Shown piece by piece: positions 56,740-64,000 of a DNA stretch of 64,000 bases. Numbering within the stretch: position 1 is the stretch's first letter; every line of letters starts with the position of its first letter. Under the pieces are notes generated by a model, which saw nothing but the letters and a program-made list of their open reading frames with translations, made no database searches and was not told the origin of the DNA. Origin of the DNA: a virus; the IMG/VR virus record IMGVR_UViG_3300042535_000023, positions 18,192 to 82,191 of that record. One strand, 5' to 3'. Position numbers and translations under genes: made by a program.

Positions 56740-58341
56740 TTATGAATAATCGTAATAAAAACGGCTATTTAAGCTCGAATTTGCCCCTGTTTCGGCCGTT
56801 CCAAGTCTAATATTAACATAAATAACATCGCTTGTCAACCCATAACTTCCGATAGACTCAGAATCGTCTGCGTTATCTACTATATGCAAGTTTTCTTTAG
56901 TGCTATAAAGATAAGCTGGCGGGGTATCATTATCAATATCACCAGCTACAATTCCTGGATACCACTCGATACCAGTAATTTCCCCAGAACCTGCTTTATT
57001 TTTCTGGCCCACTGTACCAAATCTAAATTTAGTATCTGAATTACCTTCATCGTGATGATTAAATGAGCCATGAGATTGTTGACCAAACTTAACCGAAGAA
57101 ACCTCAACAGCACCAGCCTCAACCTCAAACAAAATACACTTGACAGCACTCTCGGTGGATACCGTAACATTTCCATAATTGAGACTTGTTATATTATAGT
57201 TTAAAGGTTTAGGTCCGGTACACCTAACAGTAAACTCCTCACCAGCACTTAGGGAAGAACCACCAGTTGGATTAAACATGACATATAACCCCTTGGTACC
57301 AACCCTGGAGTAACCACCAGAAACAGTTGTTAAAGGAACGCTACTCATATCCCCTCTGTTGGAACTATAAACATAAGAGGCACTACCCACCACCGCAGAG
57401 GCATTCGTGCCTGTAGCGTAATCTGGCTTGTAACAAGCTATGGTCCACGCTGGGTTAGCGGTATTAAATACTGCGTCAGAGAATTTAACCATTAATCCTT
57501 TTGTTCCTACTTTATACCAATGGTCTGGATATAACAACTCAACATAAACACCACCAGATGAGTTATCGGTGGCAGTAGAAGATGTCCAAGTCATGGTGGG
57601 TACATTTCCTGTACCAGCACCCATGGTAGAACCATTTGATGTGCTTATAATTATTGTGTAAGTGATATCAACTGTGTTATTAAAAATGCCACCAGTTGTA
57701 ATGGTACCATCATAAGTATTAGCTCCACCTTTTGTAGCAGTTCCTATACCCCTAGAAGCATGATTATCATTACTTACAACAATACTATAAGTTTCATCAA
57801 ATAGGCCATAGTAAGTTCCTGAAGTAGAAACTGTACCATTAAAAGTATAAGGAGAAGAAGCTAGATGTGGGATATACACTGCCCCACCTGTCTCAACCTT
57901 GGCATCAAAACCAAGCACTGAATGGGCACTATCTGTACCACTTGATACTACTACACTTGAAGATGACCCCATCGAGCCAGAATAAATCTTGAAACAATTA
58001 TTATAAGTATTACCTGACACTCTGTCGTATTGATTTGAAAACTCACAATAGGCCTGATCATATCTGGCGTCACTCTTACCAAGATTTCTAAGCTTTTCAG
58101 TTATGTCTCTAGCAACATAACGAGGATCTAAAAGGGCCCCAGAGTAAAGAGTAATGGTACTACTATCCCCATCTATACTTAAATAGAGTTTATTAGTAGT
58201 TTGGCCAATAGTAAATTGGTCTCCTATAGAAGAAGTTCCTATAGAATATCCCATAGTCCCTTTACAACCTGCTCCTCTACCATCCCCTATTGTTCCAGAA
58301 GATGTTGGATTATATTGTACAACTCTTGCTCTTGCTGCCAT
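56740..58341 (-). CDS. Gly/Ser/Thr-rich putative structural protein
   Basis: AGGAGG SD; beta-rich low-charge composition; no recognised family. Confidence 0.65.
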   Translation of the reverse strand: MAARARVVQYNPTSSGTIGDGRGAGCKGTMGYSIGTSSIGDQFTIGQTTNKLYLSIDGDSSTITLYSGALLDPRYVARDITEKLRNLGKSDARYDQAYCEFSNQYDRVSGNTYNNCFKIYSGSMGSSSSVVVSSGTDSAHSVLGFDAKVETGGAVYIPHLASSPYTFNGTVSTSGTYYGLFDETYSIVVSNDNHASRGIGTATKGGANTYDGTITTGGIFNNTVDITYTIIISTSNGSTMGAGTGNVPTMTWTSSTATDNSSGGVYVELLYPDHWYKVGTKGLMVKFSDAVFNTANPAWTIACYKPDYATGTNASAVVGSASYVYSSNRGDMSSVPLTTVSGGYSRVGTKGLYVMFNPTGGSSLSAGEEFTVRCTGPKPLNYNITSLNYGNVTVSTESAVKCILFEVEAGAVEVSSVKFGQQSHGSFNHHDEGNSDTKFRFGTVGQKNKAGSGEITGIEWYPGIVAGDIDNDTPPAYLYSTKENLHIVDNADDSESIGSYGLTSDVIYVNIRLGTAETGANSSLNSRFYYDYS

Positions 58342-58381
58342 ATTTTTATTCCTCCTAAAGTTATAACTTAATTATATATTT

Positions 58382-59854
58382 TTAAATTGTTGGATCTTCT
58401 ATGGTGAAATTCCATGTGTATGGATCCATTTCATTCCCCGCCAAATCTTTTACACCACTTACTGTTACTGTATATGTTCTACCATAGTAAAAGGCTGTTG
58501 ATTGGGTCCTCAATTCCGCTCCAAGATCTACATCCTCTACAGGTAAAATTGAAGATGGGATATCATAAGCACTGTAATCTTTTGTTCTAAAGCGATAAAA
58601 TTCCGTGACTGTATTTGGGCACGTAGCTTTATTTTTAGCAGTTACTAATATCTCAACTTCTTTATTTACACCCCAATCTACTACTTTATTATAGGTTACA
58701 TTATACCCGTATAAAAGATGGTAATCCTCTTCCTTAACATCTCCTAATGTGTTTTGCATGTGAACTGTATAGATTAACACGTCATCAGATAAGAAATCGT
58801 CTGGTGGGTTATAAAACATCCTTTTACCGTTATTTATACCAGAAAAGGTTACTACTACTCTTTCGCCATCCACCAAAAAATATGAATTACCCTCATCTAT
58901 TTCACTAACATAATCTATTAAATCTACCCAAGCTGTTGTTGTAGCGTCTACGAACTCCTCTACATCTAAGAAAAAATCTGCTGTATATAAACTCCAAGTT
59001 CTAATGTCGCACTCAATATTATTACTTGTTTTCCAACCTGCGGCCGTAAAATCTATATAAAATCCAACACAATTACTTAATGGGACCTCCATTTCAGCAT
59101 TTATATATATAACTTTTTGCTGCGTATTAAAAATATCAGAATCAACATATCTGGTTTTAAGAATAGTATTAAATATATCTGATGGTAAAGCAACAATACT
59201 ACCAGAAGCTACTGTAATATCTGAGTTGATATAATTTATTTTTCTAGCAGTTGAAAAAATATCTCCATCTATACTTGCAGTTATTATAAAAGGAAATGTT
59301 ATATCTACTATAGTATCATTATTTTTTATTCTTTCTTTACGAATTCTAAATTCATCTTCTGTAATTAATTCTCCTATCAAACTATTAAATCTAACTATAT
59401 CCTTTATATCCTCATAATTATTAACTAAATTGTTTACATAAATTATAGTCTTAATCCTACTATAATCTACTACTTCGGGCCTAATCTTAACATCAACAGC
59501 GGTCTTTAAAAACCCATCTATTACTTCATTTATTTGAAATTTAGTTACTGTTGATTTTATTCCAGATTGAGTTGGGGCTATTGTAAATTGATCTATTATG
59601 TCATTTGATCCAGACAGTGCGGCGTTTGTTTGAAATAGCGTTTCTGTTTTAATTAATGAGGTTTTAGTACCAGTTACAGTAAAAAAAACAAGCGTATCTA
59701 CCTCGTTAGTTGTTGAGTCGGCTACTAAAAAATAAGTGCCTATATCCCTATATGCAGAAGACCCACTCTCCAACGTAAAAACTGTGGGAAGTAAAGACTC
59801 CATATAGGATAAATCACCTATCTCTGACTCTACATAAACATCTATAGTTGGCAT
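58382..59854 (-). CDS. Putative structural protein with ~14-aa repeats and C-terminal Ig-like domain
   Basis: SDIFNT-type repeats; YTVTVSGVKDLAGN..M.PYTWNFT (SbsA/Big_5-like). Confidence 0.65.
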   Translation of the reverse strand: MPTIDVYVESEIGDLSYMESLLPTVFTLESGSSAYRDIGTYFLVADSTTNEVDTLVFFTVTGTKTSLIKTETLFQTNAALSGSNDIIDQFTIAPTQSGIKSTVTKFQINEVIDGFLKTAVDVKIRPEVVDYSRIKTIIYVNNLVNNYEDIKDIVRFNSLIGELITEDEFRIRKERIKNNDTIVDITFPFIITASIDGDIFSTARKINYINSDITVASGSIVALPSDIFNTILKTRYVDSDIFNTQQKVIYINAEMEVPLSNCVGFYIDFTAAGWKTSNNIECDIRTWSLYTADFFLDVEEFVDATTTAWVDLIDYVSEIDEGNSYFLVDGERVVVTFSGINNGKRMFYNPPDDFLSDDVLIYTVHMQNTLGDVKEEDYHLLYGYNVTYNKVVDWGVNKEVEILVTAKNKATCPNTVTEFYRFRTKDYSAYDIPSSILPVEDVDLGAELRTQSTAFYYGRTYTVTVSGVKDLAGNEMDPYTWNFTIEDPTI

Positions 59855-59864
59855 ATGCGCCTAC

Positions 59865-62800
59865 TTATGTGTATGAATAATGCAATGTTGTTACGAAATC
59901 ATAATTGCCATTAGTAAAAGTTTCGTCTATATCATCGAGACGGGGCATAAACAATATGTACTCTCCATGTTCACTACCTGTATAACCTCCATTTGCAGCA
60001 AACCTTAAATCAAAAGTACCGTAAAAAGAATCGTTGCCTTTTAAAATTATATCACTCGCAGGAGGATGGACCATTGAATTTGAAATCCTATTTGACGTTG
60101 GAAGTTGTTTAGTTCCTAAACCGGCTCTATAAGCAACACAAGTAGCCTTATAGTGACCCTCAGCTAATATTTTATTATTAGTAGTCGTATGTGTATCATC
60201 GTCCCAAGCAGTCAATTTACAACCATAGGCCTCCCCTAAAGTTACTTCGAATATTACTGAGTTCTTTGGATTAACAAAAGCAGTATTAGAGGAGGTGGTC
60301 CCTAGTAATGAGCTTGACCAGCAATATAGTTTATCCCCTGCTGACAACACTTCAGTTCCTACAACACCACTTAAAGTTAGAGAGGTGTTGTACATTATTG
60401 CACCTGATGTAATTGCTTCAGGTGTTAACCAAGAACCCGGAATGGATGACTCTGGATCATAATTACTGGTTCCTGATATAACAGTAAAATCATTCATATC
60501 TATTTTATAAATTTTTACTGTATCATTACTAACTCCGGTGCCTATTTTCGATAAAGCATAAATATATCTTCCTGACGATTCCCCAGTTATACTTAATATA
60601 CCGCTACTGGTAAGTCCTACAACATTGTTCATTAACCACTCATCGGCAGATGTATCATAAGAATAGACATGTGGTGGCACACTATCTTCTAAAAACCTTA
60701 GTAATGTTCCACTATTCGTGATACCCCAAGCTATTTTTGTTATATCTCCAGGATAATCTGTTTTAATGTCCCATGTATTAGCTGAGGTTGAATATTTATA
60801 TAACTTACCAGAAATATTTCCTTTCAAAACATAAACAGAATCATCAAAAGCTTTTATTGAGCATCTAACGTCTAATGCCGAAGGCGTTGGAGCTAATATA
60901 TCCCAAGTATTATCATTATTATAACGCCAAAAACCTGTAGTAGTGGCTCCTTGTATAGCATAAAAACACCCACTTGCTGAAACATAGTCCATATAAAAAT
61001 AACTTTTTGCTCTGTATGGCAAATCAAGCAACTGGGACCAGGTGGACATATTATATTTATAAAAAGATTTTTCCTCTTGTCCCCTGATATAATATAAATT
61101 TGTTCCATCATTATTTAAATAAGCCCAATACTTATGCGTAAAATATGGGTCAGAAACATAGGTGGTATTTGAGAGTGGTGTACTAGATAAAGAGGACCAT
61201 GTTCCACTAAAAGTAGTATTCCATATTCTATTTGATTTAACTCCCTCTACTATATAAATAGTATCATCTAAACATGTAATATTTTTTGTAGGAGTTATTT
61301 CATCAAAAAGTGTGTCACTTCCTGGCAAATAGCAAAGAACATCGTCAATTATGTCATACCTATAAAGATAGGACGTCCCAACAGTGGAATTAGCCTCAGT
61401 TATATAAAATTGATTATTAATTCCAGATGCCAAATTAAAATTAGATGCACTAATTGTAATGTCACCAAGACCGATTACTGAAGTACCGCTAAGTGTTGAA
61501 TAGAAAAAATTTTTAGTATTATCATCAGTACTAATAAAACCAAAGAAATAATTTGGGCCTCTAGCAGCACGGCAAAAAAAGGGCTTACCCATAACACAGG
61601 ATGTACTATTATAATAATGTATATCCCAAGTTTTAGCTACATTAACCACATCTGTTCCTTCAAAAGTGATTTGCAGTCCATGATAGCCTATAGTTATAGG
61701 CACATAAGCTGCTATGTTTGTAGCAAGTATAACCCCAGTACCACTGTTACCAAAATAATCACTATATTGATAGTTTAAATTAAAAGAACCAGGAATTCCT
61801 CCGGCACTCACACTTAAATGATATTCATAACTACCCGACTTTGAGTATGTGCCAGAGGCAGATATCGGTGGAGAATCATGAACACTTTCTGTAACATTAG
61901 CATTATAAACTAAAAAACCATTGGTAATATTATAAATACCAATACCATAAACACCTGCTGAGGAGTACTTGTCAAACACATAAGTATATATTTTTGTGTC
62001 ATTTTTCCAAAAATAAGAACTTGTAGAAAGCGTACCTGCTGAATACTCAGCAAGAGAATAACTTTTATATAGGCTCCAGGTATCAGTAGATACAGTGTAT
62101 TTATAAAATTTTAAACCAAGTTGTACGGTACATCTTGACATACAATATATAACATCAGCTTCACCCAAATTATCCATATATATGGGCGAATAAATATCAA
62201 CTATGGGGGCATCTAAAGATGCCCAAGAATCATTAATAATATCATAAGACCAAAATACATATGTGCCTCCACTTAAAATATAAACTATATTATCAATTAT
62301 TATAAAAGCCCCAGTAGTATTAAAAATGCCTGGAGAATTAGACCACCCAGTAGGAACCCACATATTATCAGCAATAGAATATTTATAAGATTCGCAGTAA
62401 GTGTCATAAAGTATTTTATAAACATACCCACCAACAGTTAGCGTATACCCTGCCACCTTTGTATAAGCATCAGAGGTAGATAAATATGGTTGATCCGGAA
62501 TTAACTTGTCCATAGTAGTATCGTCTGTTGGTTTATATGAAATATAACTATTTATTACAAATGAGTCACTTATAGAAGATACGTCGTTAAATACTACTTT
62601 TACTTTTGCTGTATTAGAACTTTGTGTTGGTATTACTGTGGCTTGACCATCGTTTATTGCTGTTTGGTTTAGTGTCCAAGAACCACCATCATTATAAGAA
62701 ACGTAAATTTGAACATTTTCGTAGCGCGAAATTCCTGAAGAATTCCACCAAACGTACTCTGCTTTATTATCGCCAAAAACCCACTCTGAAGCACCTGTAG

Positions 62801-63236
62801 GTCCTAATAATGTTAAAGTTACCCCAGATGTAGTTGCAGTATAAGAGCCTACATTAGAAACAGAGGCATAATTATCACTATCACTAACTACTCTTTCTGA
62901 CAATAAAGATAAATCATTTCTTTCTAAAGTAACTTGTGCAGTAGAATGTATGTTAAAATCAAAAGGCGCTGTTAAAGTAAGAGTGTTAAAAAAAGTATCT
63001 TGTTTAGTATTTGAATTTAATTGTTCTTTTGGACTTCTTTGATCTGAAGCGGCCCTAAACATATAATCTGTGGCCTCATACCAAGTTCCAATATATTTAC
63101 CTCCTGGAAGTATATGAGATCTTGTCCCAGCTGCTGCTGGAGAAGTTATATTGGGACTAGTAAATACTATCTTTGATAAATCAAAATAGGAAACATAAGA
63201 ACTACCCCAAAATTTTTTATTTATAGTAACAGCCAT
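59865..63236 (-). CDS. Kelch-repeat beta-propeller virion protein
   Basis: Many IY..xG...[FY][WY].Y....[DN].W Kelch blades; C-terminal LTAWDD...TTLHYSYT domain. Confidence 0.75.
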   Translation of the reverse strand: MAVTINKKFWGSSYVSYFDLSKIVFTSPNITSPAAAGTRSHILPGGKYIGTWYEATDYMFRAASDQRSPKEQLNSNTKQDTFFNTLTLTAPFDFNIHSTAQVTLERNDLSLLSERVVSDSDNYASVSNVGSYTATTSGVTLTLLGPTGASEWVFGDNKAEYVWWNSSGISRYENVQIYVSYNDGGSWTLNQTAINDGQATVIPTQSSNTAKVKVVFNDVSSISDSFVINSYISYKPTDDTTMDKLIPDQPYLSTSDAYTKVAGYTLTVGGYVYKILYDTYCESYKYSIADNMWVPTGWSNSPGIFNTTGAFIIIDNIVYILSGGTYVFWSYDIINDSWASLDAPIVDIYSPIYMDNLGEADVIYCMSRCTVQLGLKFYKYTVSTDTWSLYKSYSLAEYSAGTLSTSSYFWKNDTKIYTYVFDKYSSAGVYGIGIYNITNGFLVYNANVTESVHDSPPISASGTYSKSGSYEYHLSVSAGGIPGSFNLNYQYSDYFGNSGTGVILATNIAAYVPITIGYHGLQITFEGTDVVNVAKTWDIHYYNSTSCVMGKPFFCRAARGPNYFFGFISTDDNTKNFFYSTLSGTSVIGLGDITISASNFNLASGINNQFYITEANSTVGTSYLYRYDIIDDVLCYLPGSDTLFDEITPTKNITCLDDTIYIVEGVKSNRIWNTTFSGTWSSLSSTPLSNTTYVSDPYFTHKYWAYLNNDGTNLYYIRGQEEKSFYKYNMSTWSQLLDLPYRAKSYFYMDYVSASGCFYAIQGATTTGFWRYNNDNTWDILAPTPSALDVRCSIKAFDDSVYVLKGNISGKLYKYSTSANTWDIKTDYPGDITKIAWGITNSGTLLRFLEDSVPPHVYSYDTSADEWLMNNVVGLTSSGILSITGESSGRYIYALSKIGTGVSNDTVKIYKIDMNDFTVISGTSNYDPESSIPGSWLTPEAITSGAIMYNTSLTLSGVVGTEVLSAGDKLYCWSSSLLGTTSSNTAFVNPKNSVIFEVTLGEAYGCKLTAWDDDTHTTTNNKILAEGHYKATCVAYRAGLGTKQLPTSNRISNSMVHPPASDIILKGNDSFYGTFDLRFAANGGYTGSEHGEYILFMPRLDDIDETFTNGNYDFVTTLHYSYT

Positions 63237-63248
63237 AAGAGCTCCTTT

Positions 63249-63668
63249 TTAAGCGGCGATTTTCCAATACGGGGATTCTATTATTTTGTCTTCCTTTGTT
63301 ACTACTACGTCCCCTATTTTATGTTTACTTAAATTATATTGACGTAAAACGACTCGATAATTAATTACATGATCACCATTGGTACCTTTTATATTAACAC
63401 TATGAAATATCTTTTTCCCCGACTCCAAACTTTGTGATACCTCTACTAAATGTAAATAACGTTTAAATTTTGGAAATTGGATCAATTTACCGTTAGAAAG
63501 TTTATAGCTTAATTGTTTAAACCCATCTTTTAATTCTGACCATCCAGTATTTAATAAATTGCCCCCTCTAACTTTGTCTCCGTTTTCATACTCGGCAACA
63601 AAAAAACATTCTTCTGGGTCTACCATCTCTATCGTATTATATTTACCCTCAATTATAATTGTGTCCAT
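63249..63668 (-). CDS. Hypothetical protein
   Basis: AGGAG SD; 139-aa ORF. Confidence 0.6.
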   Translation of the reverse strand: MDTIIIEGKYNTIEMVDPEECFFVAEYENGDKVRGGNLLNTGWSELKDGFKQLSYKLSNGKLIQFPKFKRYLHLVEVSQSLESGKKIFHSVNIKGTNGDHVINYRVVLRQYNLSKHKIGDVVVTKEDKIIESPYWKIAA

Positions 63669-63677
63669 AAAATCTCC

Positions 63678-64000
63678 TTAAATATAAAGATATCTAAAAC
63701 TTAAAACTGGTGTATTGTGAAAACAAGAACTATCTGATGGTAATAACACATAGACATTAAAAGAAAGAAATTCATTTTCTACATAATCTGCATTCTTAAG
63801 CTTCACTCTATGGTCATAGCCTGCTAAACACTCTGATTTGGAACCATCACTCCCTCCGCCAGAATAGGTGGTTCCATGCCAATCCAATGCTGGAGCTTCA
63901 TGTGTTGTCCTAACAGCGTTAATCATTGAATATGGGTAATTATTAGTACCTACTAAAACTGGAAAAGCGGTACTAGAAAAATTATATGTATCCCAAGCTT
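63678..64000 (-). CDS. Putative structural protein, C-terminal part (start beyond window)
   Basis: Frame is open to the window end (...AWDTYNFSSTAFPVLVGTNNYPYSMINAV...); AWD and terminal FRYLYI resemble the C-terminal domain of the 1123-aa protein. Confidence 0.6.
   Translation of the reverse strand, partial: AWDTYNFSSTAFPVLVGTNNYPYSMINAVRTTHEAPALDWHGTTYSGGGSDGSKSECLAGYDHRVKLKNADYVENEFLSFNVYVLLPSDSSCFHNTPVLSFRYLYI

Noticed and set aside
23648-64000. Diversity-generating retroelement or invertase shufflon acting on tail genes
   Set aside because: No reverse transcriptase, no TR/VR pair differing at adenines, no invertase and no inverted cassettes seen in the window
1-64000. Stop-codon reassignment
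   Set aside because: Genes are long and contiguous in the standard code, with TAA, TAG and TGA all used as stops

Overview
This is a 64-kb segment of a large (probably jumbo-type) AT-rich tailed bacteriophage genome. All convincing genes lie on the minus strand in tightly packed, Shine-Dalgarno-led units using the standard code. In transcription order (right to left) there are three blocks. (i) ~23.6-64 kb: very large virion/tail-type proteins (LamG, SPRY, DUF2341, discoidin, beta-propeller/Kelch, Ig-like and solenoid repeats; three tandem tail-fibre-like paralogues), with a Zn-ribbon/PD-(D/E)XK endonuclease inserted. (ii) A consensus sigma70 promoter (23613-23641) heading a bacterial-type replication/recombination module (dnaN, recA, dnaB, dnaG, dnaJ, ruvC, RecB/Cas4-like nuclease), which also holds an NlaIII/IceA-like endonuclease + DNA methyltransferase pair. 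(iii) A ~12-kb glycan-biosynthesis cluster (six glycosyltransferase-like genes, four methyltransferase-like genes, a sulfotransferase, a UDP-HexNAc 2-epimerase and a 4,6-dehydratase) interleaved with thyX and an atypical CAT tRNA. The best candidate for an undescribed system is phage-encoded virion O-glycosylation with a methylated, sulfated glycan: the structural proteins are strongly enriched in a Thr-x-Ser-Gly motif (about 43 by-eye hits versus 1 in the non-structural block), and in one paralogue the motif occupies loops where its sisters lack it. Other signals: a 26-bp nucleotide-identical core in three diverged tail paralogues, a structured RNA leader that could occlude the endonuclease RBS, nested domain insertions, and a homopolymer frameshift in a glycan methyltransferase. 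All family calls are from motif recognition by eye; no searches were run.
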